This document shows, piece by piece, positions 26,401-38,855 of a DNA stretch of 64,000 nt. Numbering within the stretch: the stretch's first letter is position 1; every line of letters starts with the position of its first letter. Origin of the DNA: Camelus dromedarius (taxonomy: Eukaryota); the NCBI RefSeq assembly GCF_036321535.1, contig NC_087437.1, positions 42,658,001 to 42,722,000 on the forward strand, written 5' to 3'. Under the pieces are notes generated by a model that had not been told where the DNA came from, ran no database searches, and saw only the letters and a program-made list of their open reading frames with translations. The translations under genes were made by a program, and so were the position numbers.

Positions 26401-27604
26401 TTACCTACTTTAAAGCCCCCCTTACCTCCTATGCAAAAGGGGAACTATTGATGTGATTCTTATGCTTTGTAAGACTATTGGACTTCTGACATCATCTCTG
26501 GTTTTTCTTTAATGAATTAATAGAATTAATGGGCCTTGTATTTATGTATACAGTATCCATACCAGCTAACCCCCTAGATTATATACTGTAATATAGTTTA
26601 CAAGTTGAAAGCCAAAATTTGAATTGGATGTTGACTTTGATTTTGGGAAAGGCTTCTCAATGTTGGTTGGATTTAAATGTTTAGTTATAGACCAAATCAC
26701 CATTACTCAGAATGACTCCAATTAAGGAAGTCTACTAATTACTAATACTATAAATGAGAATGTTAATGATTTCTCTTTGAAATTCAAAGGGATCTTCTAA
26801 TATGCTATTTAATCCTTTCTTTATTGACAAAGATGATTAAGTCTCCTGTTTTGACATTCTGATCTCATTAGCTCCAAGAATTGAGTCGCAACCTATTGTG
26901 ACTCGTGCCAAATGAAGTGTCATCTCACGGTACTTTGGAAATAATATATTTTCCAGATATCTTTAAAAGTGCTTCCCATTTGTGTGAATATAATTACAAC
27001 AGCATATTTTGTGCTTCTGTTTAAAAGTTATGTTAGGTACTAAGCGACTAACCTCCAAAAGAAGTGTTAATCCAATTGTGAAAAATCATAAAAATACACA
27101 CATAGCTAACAATAAATAAACTGAAACGTGAAACAGTTAAATTGTGGGCTGCATACAAAGGAGATGGAAAAAAACCAAAAGTTTTGTGTAAAGGATCTGA
27201 AATGACAGGAAAATGCAAAATTTGGAAAGACATCAGGAGGAAATGAATCTTGAGCTGCACTATGAAATGATCACATTTAAGGAAGAGAAGTAGAAAATCC
27301 AAATTAGAAGAGTAGCCCCAAAATGACTTGGTGATAGAGGATGGTAAACCATATTAAAACTGCCATGTAAATTTGCTTGGCTAAAGTAATAAATTCACCA
27401 TAGAGGAGGACAGGATCCTATTAAGGATTTGTTCATTAGTTAAAAGATTTTTAATTTTGTGGAAGAAATTTCTAATGGTTCAGCAACTACTAAGCAAGCA
27501 CATGATGGAAGGATTTTTTTAAGTATGACAATCATTGCAACTATTTTGAAAAAAGTTGAGAGATACAAAAGCTGGGAGGATACTGAGGATGCTATAAACT
27601 AGTA

Positions 27605-28932
27605 TAGTGGTTCTCAAAGTGTGATCTGCAGATTGCCAAGGTGGTTTACAATATTATTATTATTTTTATAATAACATTAAGATATTCTCCTTTTTCACTG
27701 TGTTGATATTTGCACTGATGTTGCAAAAGCCATGGTGTATAAAACTGCTGGCTCTTTTGCTGGAATCAAATCAGTGAGAGGAAACTATTGTAGTAGACAT
27801 CGAGAGTATTCTTCATCATTGTATGCACTTGCCTCCCCCAAATTGTGAATCTCAGCCCCTGAACACATGTCTTTTTAATACTTGACATGACTAGATGGGA
27901 CATATGCAGAAAGCACTTCTCTCCTGCTCAACAAACTATGATGGCTTCTCGAGGTAAAGCATTTGTGCACTCATGCCATTGTTTGCACTTGTGAGCTGAC
28001 TTAGCTGCTGTTTCCACAGAACACCATGTTTTACTTGGAAGAACAAGTAACCAACTATGATTATCAGACTTGGAATTTGGCAGACGTTTCTTGAAAATGA
28101 AATAAGTGTGCCTGTCACTTAAAGGAACACAACTGACAGTATTTATTGCCAGTGATAAAAGTTTGAGCTTTCAAGCAAAAATTAGAATTTTGGAAAACTT
28201 ACATCCGTCAGTGTGAACTTGACAGCCACCCAATACTTGACGACTTTTCTGATGATATTAACATGTGCAGTTTTAAAAATTTACTATGCATAATAGAAAT
28301 CTGAAAATGATGCATTATTTTCCAAATAACCAATGTATGATGTTACTAATTCATGAGTAGGTAAACAATCCATTCAAAGTGTAAGGAAAACTAGTGGTTT
28401 TTAATGAAACAGACTATTAATTGATTGATTCAACTTCAGAATCCTCATTGTAATTAATCTTTAAGAAACCACAACTTGTTAAGTCTTGGTGTGGTATCAA
28501 AGAAGAATATTCAGGATTATCTGAAAAGCCTATTAATATTCTCTTTCCTTTTCTAACTATACATCTTGTGTCAAACTGGATTTCTTCAAATAGTTCAACC
28601 ATATTGTAACAGATTGAATGCAGAATTAGATACGAGAACTCAGTTTTCTTTTATGATGCCATACGTTAAAGAGATTTGCAAAAATGTGAAACAATGCTAC
28701 TCCTCTATGCATCTTAAAAATACTTATTTTTCATAAAGTATGCATTTTATGTTAGCATGTAATGGGTTTATTGTTCTTAAATGAATAACTATATATTTTT
28801 AAGTTTTTACATCTTTATTTCTAATATGATAAGCATTTATAAATGTAACCCACATAAAGCAAAAACTCTTTGGGATCCTCAGTAATGTTTGAAAAATATA
28901 ATGAGGTCAGAAGACCAGTTTGAGGACCACTG
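27605..28932 (+). mobile_element. Charlie1a-like hAT DNA transposon, nearly full length, with TIRs
   Basis: TIRs tagtggttctcaaa (from 27605) and tttgaggaccactg (to 28932). Internal acagattgaatgcagaattagatacgagaactcag...taaagagatttgcaaaaaatgtgaaacaatgc matches the recalled Charlie1 transposase 3' end. Degenerate 8-bp TSD aactagta/taaaagta. Confidence 0.85.
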
Positions 28933-30699
28933 TAAAAGTAAATAGTCATATTTTGCATTTAGGCTCTAACTATAAGAGTCAAGATAAAGGGGAACATGGA
29001 GCATACTTGTTTAATAATTTGCATTATATCAGTGCATCCTTTTGCCCTCCCTCTTAAAACCAAAATACTCCCCACCCCTCTTTTGAGGGGCATGTACATG
29101 TGACTTTTCAATGTTACTCTCTTTTTATTTTCCTTCCATAAAACCAAAAACGATTTTCTCAAAGCCTATATGTATTGAGCAGGTTCTACAAGGAAAATTT
29201 ATGGGAAATGAAAGTCTAAAAAAGCAAAAAGATTCAGGTTAAACATCTAGTAAAGTTGTAGATTAGATTTCTTTCATCTGCTTATCTCTTATTGTGAAAC
29301 ACTTAAAAAATTACCAAATAGTGCTGTGAAATTAACTGTCGTCAGTGGGAAAGTTCTATTTGCTATTAAAAGCATTAATAATTGGCAATATCATAAGAAC
29401 ATTTATATCTAATTACAAAATTATTTTGCCTCAGGCGACCTGGGAAAGGCACGTGGCCTGCATTTTCTCCAGTGAGGAAGGTTCATATGATATGTATATG
29501 TCACAACTATGACCTGTGCCACCAAGGAGTCACCTCTTTTCAAACTAATGATGTTGTAACTTAACATATGACTGCTCTTCAGACTTCTATGAAAAATCAG
29601 CAAAGGTCACAGGATGAACATGAGGAATTCTTGCCATAGCAACAGAAGATGAAATGAGGGAGGGTTTAGGTAAATACACCAGTCACAGTATAATCCCAGA
29701 ATTTGCAAAATGCTTGTTGAGGCTAATAGTCTGTTGTCAATGATTATAAAATACTCATGGAATCTCCGGGAAAATAACCATATCCATGAAATACAGCCAT
29801 AAATTGTGAAAAGTAAAATGGATAGTGGAGTGGTACTTTTATTTATAAGGTAGTCAGCTCTTCTAAACTATGAGAAAACCGTTAGATAATAAGTCAGGGA
29901 CACCCAACAAGAGATTTTTATCTGGAAAAGAAGAGAAAAATTTAATTATCAAATGCAGACTGACAAGAGCTATAAAATGAACAGGTGTGGGCATCTAGGC
30001 TGTGTTTTTCACCTCCTCCAGTAAAAACTGGTTGGTCCAGGTTTGTCTCTTGCTACTTGTAGCCCTATGTATAATGACCTATTTAGTGACTTCCAGGTGC
30101 CAAGTACCCCAGGAAAGACGTTTAGGACTGAGAGTGTGAGAAAACATTGGGGAAGTTGCTTTGAGCATAAGACTCAAATGATAATCTTATGCTTTAGCTT
30201 GGGTGAGGCAGCATCTATAGGAATAAGCTTTAGTCCCTAATAACAGTGTTGGTTAAATTTGGAAATGTGAGTAGTCCTCCATTTTCCCTCAAAGTTAAGT
30301 GTTTCTAACATTTTTGGACATCTAGTATTCACCAGGAAGTTGTATTTCCCTACATTTGCTTAATTTTTGTATTGGACTTAAACTAGTCCATTTTTTTAAC
30401 TACTTGTGTGGAAATCTTTTTGCATGTAAAGGAAACAAATTAAGAGGCTAAAAACAAACATCCCCATGGGTACCATCAAAATAGTTTTCACTTTGTTGAT
30501 GAACACTGGGTAGACTGACTGTTCACACTGTTAACTAGAGCAAATGTGCTCATGAAAAGAAGTTTGTGAATTCTAGAATCTTGTAAAATTTCAGGTTGGT
30601 CACCTGATGTATTTGAAAATAAAACACAATAGTGACTTTAAGGTTAATATCCGCACAGATATTCCCCATTTGCAAAAATCTTTCATTTCTTTAGTATCA

Positions 30700-30870
30700 T
30701 TTTACCCCCTTTACAAGTGTTGAGGAAGATATTGTTATTATCCCTTGTTCAGAGATACAGAAACTGAGGCAAAGAGAAGTTCAGTGACTTGTGAAAGTCA
30801 AGGTTAGTCACTGGTATGCAGAGATTCAAAACCAGGCCTTTGGTTGCTCAAGCTTGTTTCACTACCTTAC
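30700..30870 (-). mobile_element. MIR SINE
   Basis: attgttattatcccttgttcagagatacagaaactgaggcaaagagaagttcagtgacttg...agagattcaaaaccaggc. Confidence 0.8.
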
Positions 30871-31974
30871 AAGGAAAGTTACAGCCCCTCTGTTTTTCTT
30901 TACTTGTTATAACAGAATTAGTCATTGAAAATCTAGAACTTAAAAAAAAAAATCAATCAATCTTGCAGCAAGTAGAACCAAATATATCTTGTCTTTCTTA
31001 TTATGTGTACTTACCCCAGGCCACACCATTTACATATTTTAGAACATTTCAGTGCTCTAAGTGAATGAATGTACATGAATGCTTTTGATGTCCTAGTGAA
31101 AATTTAACAGAAGTTGCAGAAAGGCTAAATCACTTGTTCAGCTCATCAGAATAGATTTTAAAGCTGGTGTATTAGAAAGTAGGAAACAGATATAAAAAAA
31201 ATCCTCTTAAGTAAGAATAAACCCACCCACAAGGAGTGTCTCTGCAGCCTTCTTGGCAGCTTTGAGGGCCCAACGAACAACATTTCCTGAAGGTGGTACT
31301 CAGCATGGGAGCTGTGCATTAGCACCCCCTGTTCTGTTTTCCAAGAACCGCACGGAAATCAAAAGCAGGGGAACAAACCAACAATAACTGATACGTTTAA
31401 AGTCTGTGGAGAGGTCCTGATTTTACTCCATTGCATTAATATACTGCTTCCTCATTTATGAACCATTTTTATATCGGTGAGTAAATGGGAAGGAAAGACA
31501 AAAGCTGAATAGATATTGACCTCAGAACAAAGGCTAGGCTAAATTCTTAGAAGAGAAAGAGTGGAAGCTAGAATAAGACATAAAACATCAAGCAGGATGA
31601 TTGTAAACTAAAATGCAGTCGACTTGAACACAAGGGTAGAAGAGCCATGGAAGGGGTGACAGTGTAATGGAGGCAATTCAGGAATGATGGAGGTGGGCTT
31701 ATTTTAATTAATCTGTTGTAGGCTTTGTTATAATGAAAAATTTACAAATATAAGCATGAATGATTATAAATACATTTAATATAAACAGAGTGTGACCTTT
31801 TTAATCACATCTTTTGCAACTTGGACAGGCAACTCAAGAAGTCTGATCCAGCTGCAGAATGTGCCTATTACTGAAAACTCAAGAAGGGATCAATTTCTTT
31901 TTGTTTTTGTTTTTTTTTTTTTGCCTTTGCTATGCATCCAAATTTTCCTCTCTTATCAGACATAGTCATTGTTT

Positions 31975-32081
31975 TCTCCTCCTCCTCCTTCCCTCCCTCC
32001 CTCTCCTCCTCCTCCCCTCCTTCCCTCTCCTCCTCCTCCTCTTCCTTCTCCTCCTCCTCCTCTTCCTTCTCCTTCTTCTTC
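31975..32081. repeat. (CCT)n/(CTT)n polypyrimidine tract
   Basis: About 105 bp of pure C/T on the + strand. It generates the Pro/Ser/Leu-rich spurious ORFs. Confidence 0.95.
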
Positions 32082-32689
32082 AGAAAAGAAATTTCTAATA
32101 AGATGTCTGAGCCATCAGTGTCCTATTTCTTGTGTTAATGACTTTTGGACACTTATACACGTACATTCCTTGGGTAATACATGACCATGTTTAATTGTTT
32201 TTTGAAATTCATTTGCTTTAATCTTCATTTTTTTTCTTACTTATTTATTCATTTATTTCACAAATAAGGCCACGTATTTTATCTTACAGGGATATTTTAT
32301 TAATTCATATGCTGATCACAAAGAAGAGGCAGGCTTCAGGTAAAAGGAAGGGTGAAAAGCGGTGATGCATGTTAGAACAGAGTCTTGTGATTTAAAAGCT
32401 GTGTTGCATCAATATTGTACAGTAGACTTGCCAGGCTAAGTATTATTATCCACAGATCACATGTGAGGTAATCAAAGCTTTAAAAAAAAAAAAACAGTGA
32501 AATGGGAGTTGAATCTAGGTTTTGTAATTTCAGGGACAATGCCCACCACATGTCACTGCTACCTCAGTCTGTATGGTAACCCCTTCAGATTTTAAAGATG
32601 CTATGATTCTCAATATTTTCAGGATGAAATGTGATGACAGTCAGATTTTTTAGGAGAAAGAAAAATCACTGTGATATCATAGGTTTGCT

Positions 32690-32825
32690 AGGATGTAGTT
32701 CCTTCATCTGTAAATGTAGCGATGAACCCTTCCCAGGAAGTTATTGGAAGGATTAACTGAGAAAGCATATGAAGTGCCTAACACACACCTACTACATCGT
32801 AGGCATTCAGTAAGTGCTTGTTCTT
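32690..32825 (+). mobile_element. MIR SINE fragment
   Basis: agttccttcatctgtaaatg...gttattggaaggattaactgagaaagcatatgaagtgcctaacacacacctactacatcgtaggcattcagtaagtg. Confidence 0.7.
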
Positions 32826-33714
32826 GTTCCTGCTGGAGAACTGTTTCTCACTGTGGTCAACTTTACACTGTATAAAGATATTGTGGCTGTTTCCTGCTGT
32901 ATGGTACAGTGAACATAATGCCTTTCCACAGAAATTGGCATTTTTTTATATTCTTTTTCAGGTTAAAAAGAAAACTTGGAGTGTCTAATATAATCCTCAG
33001 TGGAAGCATCTTTTTATAGGTAGATATATTTTCATGAGGATAAAATGGCAAGTGATATAAAGGTACTAATGGTCCATACAGTATTTTAATATGCCTAACT
33101 TCTCAAAGAGGCAGAGTGCCTGCTTGCAAGAAGTCCAACCAGATATCCTTAAAATGGCTTTGCCATGGTTTCCCTTTGTTTTCTCCACACTTGCAAGCTC
33201 ATACAAACATACAAGTATACATGAACAAACAAACAAATACAGATTGTACTTTTTTCATTTAGTTGAAAGGAACAACCATTAATTTAAGGATAGAACTAGG
33301 AAGAAATAATGATTTTTAAACTGAAGTCCTTTTTTAAGAGTTGAGGAAAATAGTATGGATAATGTAATGCCCTCTGAAATAAATGGCAGTGTCATCAAAA
33401 CAGTCACCCATATGTTTTTCCAAAGCAAGACATTGTGAGGTACCTGGCTGGGGTTATGTATATTCAGGTAAGATTATGTCTTTTTATTTTGTGTTTCCTA
33501 TTATTATCACCCCCCCCCACAAGCAGTGTCAACACTGATACTTAGTAAGCCAAACATTTTTTCATATCAAGAAACTGGTACTATCAATATTCCCTTCTGT
33601 TTTATTATTAATATTGTGATTTTGTTTAAGTTCACCTAAGATTGTGAGAATTATTTTTTTTATCAAATGCTATTGAACTGTTGAATTTAATGGCCACTTT
33701 TTTAAGCTAAGCTA

Positions 33715-34040
33715 TTTTATTTTATTTATTTTCTTTCTTTTTATTTTTTAGTTGAAGTATAGTCAGTTTACAATGCTGTGTTAATTTCTGGTGTACAGCA
33801 TAATGTTTCAGTCATACATATACATACATATATTCCTTTTCATATTCTTTTCCATTATAGTTTACTATAAGATATTGAGTATAGTTCCCTGTGCTATACA
33901 GTATAAACGTGTTTATTTTATACATAGTAGTTAGTATCTGCAAATCTCAAACCCCCAACTTGTCCCTTCCTACCCACTTTCCTCCCTGGTAACTGTAAGT
34001 TTGTTTTCTATGTTTGTGAGTCTATTTCTATTTTATAAAT
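33715..34040 (-). mobile_element. Young camelid/artiodactyl-type L1 3' end
   Basis: T-rich tail plus gttgaagtatagtcagtttacaatgctgtgttaatttctggtgtacagc...gttccctgtgctatacagta...gtttgttttctatgtttgtgagtct. Confidence 0.9.
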
Positions 34041-34322
34041 TTGTTAAGACTTGCTTTGTGGGCCAACATATGACCTGTCCTGAGGAATGTTCTGTACATG
34101 CTTGGAAAAATGTGTATTCTGGTGCTACTTGGTGAAATATTCTATATATGCCTATTATGTTGATTTGGTCTAGCATCATTTAAGTTTGCTCTTTCCTTAT
34201 CGCTTTTCTGTCTGGATAATCTGTCCATTATTGAAAGTGGGGGTGTTGAAGTTCTCTATTATTGTATTTCTTCCTTCAGCCTGTTAATATTTGCTTTAAG
34301 TATTTTGGTGCCCCTTGTTAGC
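34041..34322 (-). mobile_element. L1 ORF2 endonuclease-region fragment
   Basis: tctgtctggataatctgtccattattgaaagtgggggtgttgaagttctct is the reverse of the GDFNTPLS..DR coding region. Confidence 0.8.
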
Positions 34323-35340
34323 TTCTGTTGGTTTCCCAGGCTGATGGGATTACCTGCAGAATTTCAGTTGAGATAGATTAGAGCCAGGTCACCTGACTGT
34401 TGCTAGGTTCACAGTGGGGTCTGTGGTTGATGAGCCTGTTACCAGGGTCTTGGGTGAGTGTGGATCCTATCTGGGTCCCTGGATGGACAGAACTGCCTCT
34501 AGGACCTTGCTTAGTAGGGCTGGTGCTGAGATAAGGGTCCACTTCAGAGTCTGCAGTTGGATGTGCAGACAGTGGTTCTGTTATCAGGTATGTGGACAGA
34601 TCTGGCTCCCTTTGGGTCCTTGGGAGGGCTTCTACTGGACCGCTGGATGGGTTCCTGGGAAGGCAGGCTGGCTCTGTATTGTGACTGATAGGAGCTGGAA
34701 CTGCGTCCCAGGACTTCAGGGTTCATAGCCAGAAAGTGAGGTCAACAGTCATGGCTCTGAAGGCATGGATGGTCATGTCTCCCCCCAGATGCCTAGGTGG
34801 GTCTAGCTGCTCCCTGACTGCAGTGAGGAGGGGCTGGAGCTGTGTCACAGAGACATTTTAGGATCTCTGGGGGCACAAATATGTATATCTCCAGCCAGGT
34901 CTCTGGGCTGAAAGGACTGCTTATGGACTATGGCTGAAAGGGAATAGAGCCAGGTCACAAGTTTCTTCAGTGTCTACAGCCAGGAACAAGGTCTGTGGGG
35001 CTATTACTGAGGCACAAGCAGGCATGGCTTCTCTTGGGTCCCTTGGCATATTGTGCTTTAGGCAGAACCAAAATCAAGGGAGGAGGGACTATAACCAAGT
35101 CTGCAGGGGTCAGAACTAATTCTGAGTCTGCAGCTAAGACCACCATAGGTGAGTCATCCCCCTTGGTTTGAGCCTGCTTTATTAAAATTGCCTTCCTTAG
35201 TTCTGGACTCCCTACAGTTTCACAGCCTCCTACCTGGATCCCAAAGTCACTTTTGTCTGTGAGTGGCTGCCAAATTATTGCTGCCAGGAGATGAAGCAAG
35301 CTGGAAACCTCCTGTTCTGCCATATTGCTGATGTCACTCT
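34323..35340 (-). mobile_element. L1 5' UTR (L1M3-like) with degenerate monomer repeats and apparently intact 5' terminus
   Basis: GC-richer segment ending gccatattgctgatgtcactct. The minus strand reads AGAGTGACATCAGCAATATGGC, like the recalled old-L1 5' start GAGTGACGTCAGCAAGATGGC. Recurrent gagc(c/t)gg(a/t)..gtcac units. Confidence 0.7.
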
Positions 35341-35879
35341 TGGCCAAATTTTAAACCTTCAGTTTTGGTAGAGTATTGTATTTAAAATATCTCATTTCAT
35401 GAGATCTGCAAGAAATTTTAAAAAAATCTGTTCCTTCCATTATGAACCAGTTCAGTCTAAAACTCTGGCTATCTGTTATGCTTTAAGCTTATATCATCTC
35501 TGAGCATTTAATTATCTTCAAAGTTGAAAATAATAACGACCCAAAGTTTTATTTTCATAGAAGTTTCCAAATTGTCTACTTTATTGAGTATCTGTTGGGT
35601 TCAAAAATGGTATTTTAAAAATAAAATTCTCCTCTATGCATAGGTAGAATTTGTTACTATTATTACCATTGAAAATAATCTGCATTTCTTTATTGGTGGT
35701 GGGATTGAAACAAAACACAAATATGGTATAGTTAAGATTCAGGAGTGATTTTTAACCAGTTTACTTAGATTTAAAGATGAGAAAACTGATGCAAAGAGAA
35801 GTTAAATTACTCCAAAGTCAAAGCTATTAAGTGATGAGGCAGAGATTCAAATCCATCCCTTTGTTATTTTATTTTCTTA

Positions 35880-38452
35880 TATTTTGACTGATGGGTAAAT
35901 TTCCAAGTATTTGAGGGATTTTTTTCTAGATATCTTACTGTTAATGATTTCTAATTTAATTGCATTGTAGTCAGAGAACATACTCTCTCAGATTTCAAAT
36001 TTTCAAAATTTTATTGAGCCTTATTTTATCTTTGGTAATACTCCTTGAGATTTATTTTGTCTGATATTAACATAGCCAAATATGACATAAATATGACATA
36101 TGACAATATGACATAAAAGCAGTTTTTTATATTTACTGTGTGGTATATAATTTTTCTCCCTTTTGCTTTTAAACTATGTCCTTTTGTAGACAGCACATAG
36201 TTGAATCTTATGATTTCACCCAGACTGACAGTCTCTGCCTTTTAATTGGAATGTTTAGTCAGTTAGTTTAGTATGTTTAATGTAATTATTATTATGATTT
36301 GGTTCAACTCTACCATCTTGTTGTTTATCTTCCAGTGTCCTTTACTTTATTGGTTCTTCTCTTCCTCCCTTCTTGGCTTATTTTTAGTTAAAGATTCTTT
36401 AGTATATAATTTTAAGTCCATTATTGCCTTTCTAGGTATACTTTTAGAGTTTTAAAATAATTACTCCAGGGATTATAGCATACATTTTTAATTTAACACA
36501 GGCTACTCAAAGTTAATATTGTACTAACTCACATAAAATCTTTACTAGTAAAATTCCATTTGTGCCTCCTCCCAGGGGTTTTTGTGATATTGTAGTCAAA
36601 ACTCACATCTAAATGTGTAATCTTATTATTTATTATTTTTACTTTAGATAATGTGATAAAATGCTATTTTTTCCTTAAACAGTCATAAAACTTTAAATAA
36701 ATTTGGAGATGAAAAATAGCATTTTGTGTTTATTCACATATTTACCATTTCTGGTGTTCTTCATTCCTTTTTGTGGATCCAAATTTTAAACTAATATCAT
36801 TTACTTCAGCTTGAAATATCTTCCTTATTATTTTTCAAAGTTCAGATCTGCTTAAGATTAATTTTTAAACTTTTATTTATATAAAAATTTATTTATCTCA
36901 CTCTCATTTTGAAGAAATTTTTTTGCTGTATTCTGGTTTGACATTTTTCTTTCAGCACTTTAAACTTCTTGTTCCATTATATTTTGGCCTTCATTATTTC
37001 TGATTAAAAGTCACCTGTTATTTGTATCATTGTCCCTTGCATGTGATGTGTTGTTTTCCTTTATCTGCCTTTAGTATTTTCTCTCCATCTTGGGTTTTCA
37101 AGTTTGCTTATGCTGTTCCTAGATATGATTCCCTTGTATTTATTTTAGTTGAGTCTAACTAGATCTTCCTCTGAGCCAAATATGGGAATTTTCTGTAATT
37201 ACTTTTATGCCCTTTTCTCTCGTTCCTTTCCCTTTGGGACTTCAATTACATGTAAACTGGATTGCTTGTTACTGTTTCTTAGGATAGGTCACTGAAGCAT
37301 TGATTAATTTCTTTAAATATCTTTATTTTTTCTTCTGTGTTCATAATGGGTCATTTCTATTGATTTGTCATGAAGTTTACTAATCCTTTCTTTAGTAGTC
37401 TTCAATCTGATGTTAAAGTCAGTCAGTATATTTTTATTTTAAATATTGTATTAATCTATGCTAAAACCTTCATTTGGTTCTTTTCTGTAGTTTTTATTTT
37501 TCTGTTGAGATTCTTACCTCTTCATTTATTATGACCATCTTTACCTCAAGATCCTTGAACCTATTTTTCATAGCTTCTTTAAAATCTTTTTCTACCAAAT
37601 CTAGGTCATCTTGGGGCCTGATTCTATGGACTGTTTATTTTCTTAAATATGAGTCTGATTTTCCAACTTCTTTGAATGTATAGTAATTTTTAGTTTTGTG
37701 TTGGACATTTTGGGTGAAACTTTGTAGGGAACCAAGATTATGATATCATCTTTGCAAAGTTGTTGAATTTTTCTTCCTATCAGTCAGTTAAATGACAAAT
37801 ACTCCTCTTTTTGTCATGCTTGGTTTTGGTCTCTATTAAGGCAGGTCTGTTTTGGCTTGAGTGTAATCTTAAGGTGTGGTCCTTTCTGGAGGTCGTGGTC
37901 CTAACTCTTAAAGCATGGTCTTTTTGGAGTCTCAGCTGAATGCCTGAGATACTCAGTAAGAGTTCTTCACATTGATACTTCAGTATCTCCCACCACTGCA
38001 GGTCCTTTAGTGTTTTCATTTAGCTCTTAGTCCTGTAACAGGCAATCTCTGCTATATCACATCTCACATTGGCCAAGAACCTGCAGCAAATCCTCATGCA
38101 ATTTTCCACCCCCAGCTCCCTCACATAGCTATCTCTCCTTTGGTCACATTCCCTATAAATTACAGCTGTTTTATCAGCCTGGTATTCTAATCTCTGCTTC
38201 CTCAGCTCAGTGAGTTTGCACTTTAAACTTGATCTCCATCTCTCTGAGATAGGGCAGGAAAATGACCCGAGGAAAAAGCTGAGAGGATTGTGGGGCTCAT
38301 CATGTATATTACCCTTCTTTCAAGGATCAAAGTCCTGCTGTGCCCATTTTCCAATGCCTAAAAGGAGTTGTCTCATATATTTTGTACAGTTGAATAGTTG
38401 TTTATAGCAGGAAGGCAGTTCCAGCACCAGTAACTCTGTCATGGCTGGAAAA
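35880..38452 (-). mobile_element. Old L1 (L1MC/ME-type): ORF2 start, ORF1 and 5' region remnants
   Basis: atttctaatttaattgcattgtagtcagagaacatactct..., ttctttcagcactttaaac...tctgattaaaagtcacctgtta..., ending ccagtaactctgtcatggctggaa. Confidence 0.8.
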
Positions 38453-38464
38453 AAAATCCATGGG

Positions 38465-38645
38465 TTTATATTTAATTTTCACAAAACCTTGTGAAATAGT
38501 ATTTGTGAATTAGGTACTATTATTATAACCCAATTTTATAGAGAATTAAACTCAGGGTAACTAGTGAGTGAGGGAGTAAGAATTAAAACCTGAGCAGTCA
38601 GATTCCAGACTCCATGTTCTGACTTAATATACAGTACTGCCTCTG
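38465..38645 (-). mobile_element. MIR SINE
   Basis: tttaattttcacaaaaccttgtgaaatag...taggtactattattataacccaattttataga...aaacctgagcagtcagattccagactccatgttct. Confidence 0.7.
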
Positions 38646-38759
38646 CAACATGAAATTATGTTTATTACCCTCATTGCATTATCACACTTTTTTCTCATAT
38701 TTATTAATATTTGTTTTTTTAAACTTTGTTCGCTACCTGTTCTAATTGCTACCTCTGTA

Positions 38760-38855
38760 TAAGCATCATATATTTTCTGTTTACAACTGCCTCCCCACTG
38801 TCTAGCACAGGCTCTTGGTAAGCATTCAGTAAATATTTGTTTAATAAATGAATGT
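38760..38855 (+). mobile_element. L2 3' end
   Basis: cccactgtctagcacaggctcttggtaagcattcagtaaatatttgtttaataaatgaatg. Confidence 0.65.

Noticed and set aside
31859..32184. Three overlapping Leu-, Ser- and Pro-rich ORFs
   Set aside because: Products of the (CCT)n tract in three frames.
34414..35347. ORFs of 104 and 126 aa
   Set aside because: They lie in the GC-richer L1 5' UTR, with no recognisable domain or exon support.
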